From the IMG/VR virus record IMGVR_UViG_3300011977_000001: a stretch of 64,000 bases of DNA; one strand, written 5' to 3'. Position numbers and translations under genes: made by a program. The notes beneath the pieces were generated by a model that was not told where the DNA came from, made no database searches, and was given only the letters and a program-made list of their open reading frames with translations. Numbering within the stretch: the stretch's first letter is position 1; every line of letters begins with the position of its first letter. This document shows positions 1-8,062 of this stretch, in pieces. This stretch comes from a virus.

Positions 1-429
1 AACGATCACGTTGTAATATTTGCCTTTCGGCTCTACTTTTTCCACCTCTACGACCGGTTTCCAGGTGTAATAGAAGTACGGTTCTGCAGGTGTGAGCACA
101 GCAACAAAGTCGAATGGTGTGAGCTCTCTCAGTCTCTTCCAATGTGGCCTGCTTCGATCAGAACCATTGATCTTTGTGCTCACGAATACAGACAAATCCG
201 GTGTTGCAACGACTGTTTCCAGGCTTCCAAATGCGGTCAGGCGAACCGCCTGTTTTGGGCAGAAAATACGAACTTCCTGAACTCTCTTCCATAAACCGGT
301 ATGAGTCAGGACCACATCTCCCTGATGCAGATAACGTATCTCCCGGTATCCAGCCTCGGTTCTGACCATGCTCTGTGCCGAACAGTAAGATCCTTCCGGT
401 GCAGTTTTTCTATCTGGTCGATCTCTCAT
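1..429 (-). CDS. Hint (intein/hedgehog-type) domain protein, N-terminal part; ORF runs off the left edge
   Basis: My own translation from ATG 429..427, with a GGAG just upstream, gives MRDRPDRKTAPEGSYCSAQSMVRTEAGYREIRYLHQGDVVLTHTGLWKRVQEV... and stays open to nt 1. Cys16 followed by V.T..G...I..L..GD.V.T resembles the Hint N-terminal blocks. This ORF is not in the supplied track. Confidence 0.5.
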   Translation of the reverse strand, partial: MRDRPDRKTAPEGSYCSAQSMVRTEAGYREIRYLHQGDVVLTHTGLWKRVQEVRIFCPKQAVRLTAFGSLETVVATPDLSVFVSTKINGSDRSRPHWKRLRELTPFDFVAVLTPAEPYFYYTWKPVVEVEKVEPKGKYYNVIV

Positions 430-547
430 TGATACTCCTGTGCGTTTGCATTTGCCTTATATGACACGTCTGTGCGTTTTATTGATAAAATAATAGGCCG
501 TTCCCTCAAATCGTCAGGAAGCAGCTTCTACGCATCTCACGAGCTAT

Positions 548-970
548 TTATCTGAACACAACTACCATGGACGGAAACGGGGCGTTATATACGCAGCCTC
601 CGAATCTCAATCGGCCACGCACGAATCTGATCTCCGCTTTTCCGTAGCAATAGTCGTGGAACCATGACGTATCGGTCCTGGCCGGCAGCAGCATGACTAC
701 GGTTGTTTTCGGCTTCTTTGATTCATTAAATCCTTTTTCAACCCATTTGGGAATCTGGCGGCCATACGGAGGGTTACAAAAAACACTGTGTCCTCCCCAG
801 TCCTGGTTTAGTCCATCCTCTTCTTTCGTGAAATAGTTTTTGCACTTGAAATTTTCAGCGCTGGCGCACGGGTCCAGGTCGAATCGAAATTCTGCATTCA
901 GGCCATCAAAGAATTTCTGAGGTGTGGACCACTCGTCCGTCTTGCTGCTAAACATTACATCCGTATTCAT
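548..970 (-). CDS. dam: DNA N6-adenine methyltransferase (phage Dam-type)
   Basis: 140-aa ORF with EWSTPQ..F..L..EF.FDLDPCA near the N-terminus and the catalytic NPPY motif (FCNPPYG). The layout is typical of small phage Dam enzymes. Confidence 0.85.
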   Translation of the reverse strand: MNTDVMFSSKTDEWSTPQKFFDGLNAEFRFDLDPCASAENFKCKNYFTKEEDGLNQDWGGHSVFCNPPYGRQIPKWVEKGFNESKKPKTTVVMLLPARTDTSWFHDYCYGKAEIRFVRGRLRFGGCVYNAPFPSMVVVFR

Positions 971-971
971 C

Positions 972-1643
972 TCAGCGTCCGGATGAACCGAACCCGCCCT
1001 GGCCTCTGGTGGTATCGCTCAGCTCGTCTGTTTCATTCAGGTCCTCTGCGAAATACGGAATGATCACCATCTGCGCCACCCGGTCCCCGGTATGAATCGT
1101 ATATGCCTCATCCAGGTCATTATGCAGCGGGATTTGTACTTCTCCCCTGTATGAAGAATCGATCACGGCCACGCAGTTTGCAAGCCTGATACCATGCTTT
1201 GTAGAAAGGCCGCTCCTCGGGAATACACCGCCGAAGTATCCAGCAGGGATTTCAAACGCATATCCGGACGGAATCATAGCTGTCTTTCCAGGTTCAATCA
1301 CTATGTCACCATCAGTCGCTGCATACAGGTCGTATCCTGCTGCTCCCTCGTCCGCCCTGGTCGGAATGTGTGCATTTTCTCTGACTTTCTTGATGTTCAA
1401 TTTTCTTTGCTCCTTTCCTTTGGATAAATATAGATAGATGATATTTTTGCACGTCAGGATAGCTTGCTCCATGACTGCTATCTCGTAAGAAGTGACTTTT
1501 GAAGACCAATCAATGATCTTCTTCGATCGATGAGACTCATTCAGTTCAGAGTCCAGCTTTCGGAAGATTTTTTCCAGTGTTCTCATCTTTTCTTCCGTCA
1601 GCATTTCCTGTCTGATTGGAATCAATATGTGCTGATTCTGCAT
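972..1643 (-). CDS. dut: dUTP diphosphatase (dUTPase) with an ~85-aa N-terminal extension of unknown function
   Basis: The C-terminal 140 aa carry dUTPase motifs (AGYDLYA, FPRSGL, VIDSSYRGEV, GDRVAQMV, RGQGGFGSSG). I chose the start at ATG 1643 because of the GAGAGGG SD. The track ORF extends to 1694 and the true start is uncertain. Confidence 0.8.
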   Translation of the reverse strand: MQNQHILIPIRQEMLTEEKMRTLEKIFRKLDSELNESHRSKKIIDWSSKVTSYEIAVMEQAILTCKNIIYLYLSKGKEQRKLNIKKVRENAHIPTRADEGAAGYDLYAATDGDIVIEPGKTAMIPSGYAFEIPAGYFGGVFPRSGLSTKHGIRLANCVAVIDSSYRGEVQIPLHNDLDEAYTIHTGDRVAQMVIIPYFAEDLNETDELSDTTRGQGGFGSSGR

Positions 1644-1842
1644 CCGCATCCCTCTCAGTAGTCCGATTATTCCACAGCTGGACCGCTTCACCATGCTTCA
1701 TTGCTTCTGGGCCTCTGGCCCCGCAGCCGCCTCTCGCTATTGCACACTCTACTGCCAGGTAGCTCCCACGGTGTGCAAATTCTAGTGTTTCCTCTTTCCC
1801 GCAAAATGGGCAACGAAGTCCGATTTTCTTGTACATAGCCAT
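1546..1842 (-). CDS. Lar-family restriction-alleviation-like small Zn-ribbon protein
   Basis: The sequence LRCPFCGKEE...VECAIARGGCGARGPEA....AVQLWNNR matches the Lar_restr_allev pattern (CPFCG ... C..CGA ... A...WN.R). ATG 1842 overlaps the upstream stop (TGATG) and AGGAAGG serves as SD. The 3' ~100 nt overlap the dUTPase ORF in another frame. Confidence 0.6.
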   Translation of the reverse strand: MAMYKKIGLRCPFCGKEETLEFAHRGSYLAVECAIARGGCGARGPEAMKHGEAVQLWNNRTTERDADAESAHIDSNQTGNADGRKDENTGKNLPKAGL

Positions 1843-2084
1843 CACACCACCTTCCTGATCGTTGTTATGTAGTGTCTATGCGGTTTCCTTCCGCTTATGA
1901 TCTGAAGCAGCAGATGAATCATCAGACTTGTTCCCAGGAATATAGCTTCTTTCTGAAAAGCTGCTTTCCTGTTGCTTTTTGAGTAGATGATCAGGATCAG
2001 GCTCAGCAGCTCTGCCACGCCGAAAATTATAAAGGACTCTTCATCTATCTCAAGTTGATTTGGTAATCCTCTCTCATTTACCAT
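1842..2084 (-). CDS. hypothetical small membrane protein
   Basis: 80-aa ORF with two hydrophobic stretches (FIIFGVAELLSLILIIY; IFLGTSLMIHLLLQII). It is translationally coupled to the next gene. Confidence 0.5.
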   Translation of the reverse strand: MVNERGLPNQLEIDEESFIIFGVAELLSLILIIYSKSNRKAAFQKEAIFLGTSLMIHLLLQIISGRKPHRHYITTIRKVV

Positions 2085-2217
2085 GTTTTGCTCACTTTCT
2101 TCTTTAGTGCAGCTAAATTGTAAGATTTCTTTTTCATAATATCACTAAAGTGCCTGTCGAACAATCTCAACAGGCACTTTAGTGCGCTATAAATCCATGA
2201 ATTTATGCGATCTCTAA

Positions 2218-2640
2218 TCATTCCCACTTAGCGTTCTGATATTCCTTGCTCTTGCCGATGATCGCCCGCCTGATGATATTTGCCAGTTGCTCAACGCCCT
2301 TATATGACTCTCTGGTGTCGACATCTCCCTCGCAGCACTGATAGAGGAAGCACTCAACCGTTTTCAGGGTCTGGTAGATATTCAGGTAAGCATCTCCCAG
2401 GTAGCCCTGCTTCGGCATCTTCGGGATGAAATCTTTCTCTCCGTATCTTGCGTCATAAGCATCGATGTTCATCTGATAGAGCTTATTGTAGATTTCCTCT
2501 ACACTCATGCCTATGTATTCAGCGGCCAACGGCCCGTTTGACGGGGCGTATATTCCGAACATTCCCTCGTGACTCAGTGTCTGATTGATTACCTCAGCAA
2601 TTTTCTTGACGCTCTTCGGTTCGACAATCCAGCAGCTCAT
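2218..2640 (-). CDS. hypothetical protein
   Basis: The in-frame ATG at 2640 (MSCWIVEP...) overlaps the stop of the upstream ORF at 2642. The track ORF start at 2751 would overlap that ORF by 110 nt. No motif recognised. Confidence 0.55.
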   Translation of the reverse strand: MSCWIVEPKSVKKIAEVINQTLSHEGMFGIYAPSNGPLAAEYIGMSVEEIYNKLYQMNIDAYDARYGEKDFIPKMPKQGYLGDAYLNIYQTLKTVECFLYQCCEGDVDTRESYKGVEQLANIIRRAIIGKSKEYQNAKWE

Positions 2641-2641
2641 A

Positions 2642-2968
2642 TTATTTTTCCTCCCTGTCATGAATCTGAAGCGGATACTCGGAAAGTTCTCTGAATCTTG
2701 AATCGCAGGAGAAAGCGAGATTTCCTCCCGCCATGAACCAGTGTCCCTCACTCTGATACGGTTCGATGTGAAGATAATCCTTCCCGAAGAGATGTCTCTT
2801 CACGATCTTGACCAGCTGCGGGTCCTTCTCATCAACAATCAGGTTCCCGTCCTCACAAGCCAGATACAGCTCATTGAATCTGGAAGAAACTCCATGATTC
2901 GAGTAATCGTAATACCCAATCGAACTGTCTCTGTAAACATCGATCGAAAGTGCTCTGACGTTTGCCAT
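2642..2968 (-). CDS. hypothetical protein
   Basis: 108-aa ORF and first gene after the duplicated early promoter region. No motif recognised. Confidence 0.55.
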   Translation of the reverse strand: MANVRALSIDVYRDSSIGYYDYSNHGVSSRFNELYLACEDGNLIVDEKDPQLVKIVKRHLFGKDYLHIEPYQSEGHWFMAGGNLAFSCDSRFRELSEYPLQIHDREEK

Positions 2969-3003
2969 TTCAAATCCTCCTCTTAACCAGGACTCCTCTC
3001 AGC

Positions 3004-3063
3004 TACGTCTATAATATAATATACTTGCATCAGTATATCAATATTGGAATAAAGCACAAAAAT
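3004..3063 (-). promoter_or_regulatory. early promoter region, copy A (minus strand: TTGATA-N17-TATATT) with an upstream conserved 25-mer
   Basis: -35 is at 3036..3041 and -10 at 3013..3018 (read on the minus strand). The blocks tacgtctata (3004..3013) and caatattggaataaagcacaaaaat (3039..3063) recur at 5864..5873 and 5899..5923. Confidence 0.5.
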
Positions 3064-3099
3064 ACAATTTTTAAGCCGATAAAAATGTACATATATGCG

Positions 3100-3582
3100 T
3101 CATTTGATTGTAAGACGCACTCCCCGGATTTCGTCTCCGGTCAGGGTTTTGACCTTGCATACCTCGCTGATCTCGCAGCCTCGATCAGTGAAGTCCATCA
3201 GACATTCAAATCCGTTCGGCCCTTTGCCTTCATAGAAGAATTTCTTCATCCCAGCCTGCTTCATTGTGTCCAAAAACTCATCAACCCAGGTCGGACCGAT
3301 ACTGTACAGATAGGGTTCATCGGCTCCTGCCAACCATGACTTAGCTGCCAGCTCTGCCCCTCTGGATACCGGTCTCTTGATCTTCAGCTTTTGTCTGTTC
3401 AACCATGCCAGCTGCGATCTCGCTGCTCTGGTTTGCAGCTTTTGTGCCGATCTATTGTTTGTCGGGATAACATCTCTGATCTCTCTTTCAATTTTCCTGA
3501 TCTTGTTATCGATTTCTGTCAGGTCTGTTCGGTATTTCATAACCGATTTCAGAATATCCTCCATGACTTCGTTATTCTTCAT
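3100..3582 (-). CDS. hypothetical protein
   Basis: 160-aa ORF with a coiled-coil-like basic N-terminal half. No motif recognised. Confidence 0.55.
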   Translation of the reverse strand: MKNNEVMEDILKSVMKYRTDLTEIDNKIRKIEREIRDVIPTNNRSAQKLQTRAARSQLAWLNRQKLKIKRPVSRGAELAAKSWLAGADEPYLYSIGPTWVDEFLDTMKQAGMKKFFYEGKGPNGFECLMDFTDRGCEISEVCKVKTLTGDEIRGVRLTIK

Positions 3583-3772
3583 TCAAGTCCACCTCCGTAA
3601 CCTCTTCATGCCCGTTGATGTCCTTTTCAGACACCCATGCAGTCTTCAATTTCTTTCCTGACTTCTTCCAGTCTTTTATCTGGTCTATCGCATCCTCCCA
3701 CGAGAAAAAGCTGTCCTTAGCGGACAGTTTTTCCAGGCTTTCGGTCATTGCTGTTACATGATACAGTTTCAT
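3572..3772 (-). CDS. hypothetical small protein
   Basis: ATG 3772 (MKLYHVTAM...) is preceded by GAGGAGGAAGAA and lies just after the upstream stop at 3783. The longer track ORF start at 3880 would overlap the upstream gene. Confidence 0.5.
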   Translation of the reverse strand: MKLYHVTAMTESLEKLSAKDSFFSWEDAIDQIKDWKKSGKKLKTAWVSEKDINGHEEVTEVDLNEE

Positions 3773-3782
3773 TTCTTCCTCC

Positions 3783-3986
3783 TCAATTCTCAATGATCTC
3801 AAAGCCACGGGTGCTTCTAATATCTTCCAGGAAGTGTACGCAGTCGCCTCCCGGGTATCGGTAGATTCCTGCATACTCATTCCCGCACAGGGGCTGTGCT
3901 CCTACCAGGTAGGCTTCATAACCATCATTTCCTCTGATCCTCAGCGGGTATCCCTGCTTCCTCATCTTCTCGACCACTTTGTTCAT
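3783..3986 (-). CDS. hypothetical small protein
   Basis: 67-aa ORF tightly packed in the operon. No motif recognised. Confidence 0.45.
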   Translation of the reverse strand: MNKVVEKMRKQGYPLRIRGNDGYEAYLVGAQPLCGNEYAGIYRYPGGDCVHFLEDIRSTRGFEIIEN

Positions 3987-4005
3987 CTCTTCTTCCTCCT
4001 ATTCA

Positions 4006-4431
4006 TCAGATAGAGAATGCCTTTATCCATGCTCCGTCTTTCCACTCGTACATGCTGGCAAAATCGTTGTCCTCTTTGACTGCCTCGGCGATTTTGAGTG
4101 CATTGTCATATTTCTCAAATGCTTTTCCAACAGCCTTTCCGCTGCTTACTCCCAGGACCATCCATCTCACTTCCTCCGGAGCCGGCAGATACTTCTTGAA
4201 GTACGGCCAAAGGTCCACTTCCACTGTAACCTGCATCTTCCCTACTGGGACTTTGTAGATTTCAATCCATGTCTCATTGAGCTTCCATCCGTAGCCATTC
4301 GACCACACAATGAACTGCTGCATTGCTTCTCTCGGTTCGGTGACTCCACTGGATGTCCAGAGAGTTTTGTCTCTTTTCTCTCCGAACCTCTTCTGAGCCA
4401 TCGGCCAAATCACATAATCACTCAGTTTCAT
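4006..4431 (-). CDS. hypothetical protein
   Basis: 141-aa ORF that overlaps the upstream gene stop by 4 nt. No motif recognised. Confidence 0.55.
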   Translation of the reverse strand: MKLSDYVIWPMAQKRFGEKRDKTLWTSSGVTEPREAMQQFIVWSNGYGWKLNETWIEIYKVPVGKMQVTVEVDLWPYFKKYLPAPEEVRWMVLGVSSGKAVGKAFEKYDNALKIAEAVKEDNDFASMYEWKDGAWIKAFSI

Positions 4432-4640
4432 AGCAATCCTCCTTTGATCTCATCTGCCTTATTCATCTGCCGGCAACTTCTCAGAGCTTGCCATCGTTTT
4501 CCTATACTTCCAGGAACCGCTTCAGACGGTCTCCCGATCGGATGACAATACCAGATAGAAAAGTCTGCTCGGACCGTCTTCCCGTCCTGATCAACTGCGC
4601 CATTAAGGTGAGAAATCATATAACGGTTCATCCTGATCAC
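4428..4640 (-). CDS. hypothetical small protein
   Basis: 70-aa ORF with a GTG start that overlaps the stop of the upstream small ORF (GTGA). Confidence 0.4.
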   Translation of the reverse strand: MIRMNRYMISHLNGAVDQDGKTVRADFSIWYCHPIGRPSEAVPGSIGKRWQALRSCRQMNKADEIKGGLL

Positions 4641-4804
4641 CTCGTCCCTACCAGGGTGCCTGCGGCCACCATGTACAGCCAGCGGACCGCATAATCACGG
4701 CCGTTCTTTTCAGCTAGCTCCTCCATTTCTCTCTGAATCTCCGGGTTCTGTGTGAGTGATGCTGCCCTCTCTCCCCAGATTTTGAATGCTTGATCATCCG
4801 TCAT
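4637..4804 (-). CDS. hypothetical small protein (55 aa, below track cut-off)
   Basis: My own translation gives MTDDQAFKIWGERAASLTQNPEIQREMEELAEKNGRDYAVRWLYMVAAGTLVGTR. The ATG overlaps the TAA of the upstream gene (TAATG). Confidence 0.4.
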   Translation of the reverse strand: MTDDQAFKIWGERAASLTQNPEIQREMEELAEKNGRDYAVRWLYMVAAGTLVGTR

Positions 4805-5427
4805 TATGCATCCTCCCAGTAAGTCCAGCTCTGTACCTTTGAAAGCCCATATCTCTTCAGGTACGTTCCCAGTCGTTTACGGAAGTCATTCCCGGTGGCC
4901 TCATACGCCTTTCTGACGGCCTCGAAATCCTCAGCGGTAATATCTCTGTCCGTCTCATTCGGAATGTCGTAATAGCGGTCAAGGCTGTGCAGGCAGCAAA
5001 TCCGGGAGTTCTTCGGTGAACCAGTGTACTGGACCATCGACTTGATCATCTCGCTGCGCTTCGGATGCGTGAATCTCTTCGCCTCTCTCTCGAATGCGTC
5101 CATGTTCTCTTTGATGAAATATTCCTCAGACTTCTGTGCGTGGTTTGCCATTCCGTTTGCCCGGTCATAATCATCTGTGTCGTATCTGCTGTCGTGATAA
5201 CCGAAGCAGAATTTCGTCTGAATGCTCGGCTTCTCGATCGCAATCATGCGGCCATCATGCAGCTCGACCACTCGATCGATCTTCTTTTCGAAATACTTCC
5301 TCATGCTCTCTCCGAATGACTCAGCGACAACCTCATCGATGTAAGCCTGCTTCAGAACCTTTTCTTCCTTATTCAGCATCCTCTCAATCCTCCTATTAAA
5401 TCCGATCATCAGGTCTCTCGCTTCCAT
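4804..5427 (-). CDS. hypothetical protein
   Basis: 207-aa ORF in the early operon. No motif that I can name with confidence. Confidence 0.55.
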   Translation of the reverse strand: MEARDLMIGFNRRIERMLNKEEKVLKQAYIDEVVAESFGESMRKYFEKKIDRVVELHDGRMIAIEKPSIQTKFCFGYHDSRYDTDDYDRANGMANHAQKSEEYFIKENMDAFEREAKRFTHPKRSEMIKSMVQYTGSPKNSRICCLHSLDRYYDIPNETDRDITAEDFEAVRKAYEATGNDFRKRLGTYLKRYGLSKVQSWTYWEDA

Positions 5428-5525
5428 TTTCCTGTCTTGCTACTCTTCAGCAGGTCTCCTGTCGCTCGGACCAGAAAACCTGCTTACTACTTCGCTTAAA
5501 CCAGTGGAAGCGCCCTCAGGGCCGT

Positions 5526-5825
5526 TCATGCGACCCTGAACTTCTTTGTGGTCCCGACCTTGAAGTATTTCACATAGACATCCGGAAGATCTTTCTTCAG
5601 TGCGGTGGTGTCCAGGTGGTTGCTCGCTACTGTCTGCCAGTAGACGGTGGAATCACCTACCTGCTTCGATTCCTCTCCCTGGATTTCCAGGCTTCCGCTC
5701 ATCTCGGCTTTCAGAGTCTCCTGTCTTGCATTGATCTCTTTCAGCAGAGCCTCATTCTTCTTCCACTCCTTAACCCTCAGGAGCATCTGTCTATCAGTAA
5801 GTTTCTCAGCAGCTTTCTTAGCCAT
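5526..5825 (-). CDS. hypothetical protein (first gene of an early operon)
   Basis: 99-aa ORF. GGGAGGTAAAAGAT precedes the ATG, and the gene lies directly downstream of promoter copy B. Confidence 0.55.
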   Translation of the reverse strand: MAKKAAEKLTDRQMLLRVKEWKKNEALLKEINARQETLKAEMSGSLEIQGEESKQVGDSTVYWQTVASNHLDTTALKKDLPDVYVKYFKVGTTKKFRVA

Positions 5826-5863
5826 ATCTTTTACCTCCCTTAGAAGTGATCATCTGTCTTCCT

Positions 5864-5923
5864 TACGTCTATATAATTACACGTTTTAACGTGGTATGCA
5901 ATACTGGAATAACGCACAAAAAT
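5864..5923 (-). promoter_or_regulatory. early promoter region, copy B (minus strand: TTGCAT-N17-AATTAT) with an upstream conserved 25-mer
   Basis: -35 is at 5896..5901 and the -10 region at 5872..5878. It shares tacgtctata and a 25-mer (23/25 identical) with copy A at the same relative offsets. The spacer contains the inverted repeat CACGT-N4-ACGTG. Confidence 0.5.
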
Positions 5924-5971
5924 GAGTTTTCTGTTTTTCGAATATTATGCACGTTTTATAGTGGCGTTTTT

Positions 5972-5980
5972 TGCTATAAT
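5972..5980 (+). promoter_or_regulatory. candidate extended -10 promoter (TGcTATAAT) for the XRE regulator gene
   Basis: tgctataat lies 28 nt upstream of the ATG at 6008. There is no good -35, and it is divergent from early promoter B. Confidence 0.4.
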
Positions 5981-6007
5981 AATCGAAGAAAATTAGGAGG
6001 TACCGCT

Positions 6008-6253
6008 ATGCTCAAAGAGGGAAAAATAAGCTACGAGAGGCTTTTTATTCTTATGAAGAAGAAGGGACTTACTACCACCGAGATCCGGAAGCGCAATATT
6101 GTTTCAGAAGCAACCCTTACTGCCCTCAGGTCAGGCAACCATATAGGGGGAAATGTTTCGACAAATGCGTTAGCATCTTTGTGCGCTGCCCTGGACTGCC
6201 AGCCAAAAGACATCATCGAATATATTCCGAATGAAGAACTAGATGATATGTGA
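6008..6253 (+). CDS. XRE/Cro-CI-type helix-turn-helix transcriptional regulator
   Basis: ATG 6008 has an AGGAGG SD at 5995..6000. The 81-aa product carries HTH-like LTTTEIRKRNIVSEATLTALRSG and the typical C-terminal ...LCAALDCQPKDIIEY. It is one of only two credible plus-strand genes. Confidence 0.85.
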   Translation: MLKEGKISYERLFILMKKKGLTTTEIRKRNIVSEATLTALRSGNHIGGNVSTNALASLCAALDCQPKDIIEYIPNEELDDM

Positions 6254-6292
6254 CTTTCTTGCTATCAGAATAGAATTTCTTTCACGCACAGA

Positions 6293-6323
6293 AAAAGGGC
6301 TGACCACCATGATCAGCCCTTTT
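6293..6323. terminator. bidirectional rho-independent terminator
   Basis: The sequence is AAAAA-GGGCTGA-ccaccatga-TCAGCCC-TTTT. It sits between the convergent XRE gene (+) and the lysis operon (-). Confidence 0.75.
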
Positions 6324-6422
6324 CCTGAATTATAATAGAGTGCTTAGGGAAATAAGAGACTTCGCTACTCGTTTCTTATAATACCTCATGCATCTGGTCT
6401 ATCAAACGGTCCAGGTGCATTT

Positions 6423-7892
6423 TTATACTTTCTGAATGTACTTAGCGTACATAAAGCCGTAGATATTACCATGTATGCAAACGTAGTACCAGTTCTTCCC
6501 AGCTTTTGATTTCACCGTGTCGCATACATCAACCTGATCTCCTTTATTCAGAGAAGGAATGGATTTGAGTTGCGGATTCTCTGTTCCAGCCCAGGTCCGG
6601 ACTGCAACCTCGTCTCCGGTGCACACGCCATGAAACTTTGTTTTCTTGCTTGGAGCTCCTGCTGCCGGCTTAGCTGGTTCTGCTGGAGCTGTCGGTGCGG
6701 GTGTATTCGGCTTTGATGCCGTTTCTGCTACTAAAGACCAGTCAGGTGTACCATAGCCAGTGATAGCGTAGTATGAGCGGTTATAGGACTTCTTGCGTAC
6801 TCCCCCGCCATTCGGGACTACTCCGGATGCTCCGGAAGTGTTTCCCTCGATCGTTGTGATCGTTCCTGCTGCTACTGCAACGACTAGACCGGTATGCTGA
6901 CCATTCCGGAAGATTATCTGATCGCCAACATGTGGTGTCTTCCCCCAACGGCCTTTTGCCTTATAGTTCATCATCGCCTGATAGCAAGAAGCGGTGTATC
7001 CGTTGAGCATCTTCTTGCCCTTTTCAGCTCCAAACTCTTGATAGAAAAGCCAGTTATAGAACGTACAGCACCATGGTTGAGCCTGTGCCCAGGAAAGCGG
7101 CGCTACGTCCCTGGCATACTTCGTATAGTTTGCGGAACCGGCATTTAAGGTCTTGCTGTCCAGGTTCTTATTTGATCTCTTTTCCAGGTATCCGATCTCT
7201 GCGGTAGCCCGCTTTATGATCGCCTGTTTCGCTGATTCCTCAGTGTACATAGATTTACCCACCTTTACTTCTGAAACGGCTGCTGCGGCCGTCTGTGCCG
7301 CTGGTGTTGGCATTCCGATCGCTTCATTCTGATACTTATAGTAGAAATCCCAGGCTGATTTTCTTCGAGCTGCTTTCAGAGCTTCCGGATTCGCCGGGAT
7401 CTCAAATTTGGTCAGGACCGTATCTGTGCATGTATTTACATCGGTGCTTTCTGATACGACATTCCAGACCGATTTGAAAGAAGTTTTCAGTTCGGTGATC
7501 AACCATGCCAGCTGGCATTCCAGGTCTCCGATGCTCTTTCCTTTTTTCTTACACAAATCGTAAAGACCAGCTTTCCTGCTCGGATAAGTTAGCTGAGTCA
7601 GACCGTATCCATATTGCTTGCCGGCCAGTGGGTGAAGAAACGTATTTCCACCATCATTTCCAGCCTCGCTTCCTCTCTTGATCTTTCCGCTGTCAACTTC
7701 TGCCGTATATTGTTCATCGGTATATGAGATACCGTAAGTTTCCTTTATCCGTCTCCTACACAAATCTTCCAGGCGATTCGGTATAAGCCCGCTCTCGTGC
7801 TGCATGTTACCCATGAGGCCAGCAGCACCAGCCTTTGTACATCCTGCTTTTCTAAGGTATTTCCAAATCTGTATGCTGTTATCTTCCATCAT
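6423..7892 (-). CDS. endolysin: lysozyme-like N-terminal domain + CHAP amidase/peptidase + C-terminal SH3b
   Basis: The N-terminus GAAGLMGNMQHESGL resembles the phage tail-lysozyme-type domain. The middle has CHAP features (Cys in QPWCCTFYNW, His in GQHTGLVV, TIEGNTS). The C-terminus is SH3b-like (VRTWAGT...GDQVDV...WYYV). It lies downstream of the holins. Confidence 0.85.
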   Translation of the reverse strand: MMEDNSIQIWKYLRKAGCTKAGAAGLMGNMQHESGLIPNRLEDLCRRRIKETYGISYTDEQYTAEVDSGKIKRGSEAGNDGGNTFLHPLAGKQYGYGLTQLTYPSRKAGLYDLCKKKGKSIGDLECQLAWLITELKTSFKSVWNVVSESTDVNTCTDTVLTKFEIPANPEALKAARRKSAWDFYYKYQNEAIGMPTPAAQTAAAAVSEVKVGKSMYTEESAKQAIIKRATAEIGYLEKRSNKNLDSKTLNAGSANYTKYARDVAPLSWAQAQPWCCTFYNWLFYQEFGAEKGKKMLNGYTASCYQAMMNYKAKGRWGKTPHVGDQIIFRNGQHTGLVVAVAAGTITTIEGNTSGASGVVPNGGGVRKKSYNRSYYAITGYGTPDWSLVAETASKPNTPAPTAPAEPAKPAAGAPSKKTKFHGVCTGDEVAVRTWAGTENPQLKSIPSLNKGDQVDVCDTVKSKAGKNWYYVCIHGNIYGFMYAKYIQKV

Positions 7893-8062
7893 TTTCTCCT
7901 TTCGGTTCGGGCAGCTGCGTGACGGCCCAAATTTTTAGGTTTCATGCACGACACAAGATATTTGTGAAATTATCTAAATATGAATTTTAGCAGTATAGAA
8001 AGAGGGGTTCCTCCTTTCTCAATGTGGTGGGTCATTCACGCAGCTGTCAAAACGTTCATCAG

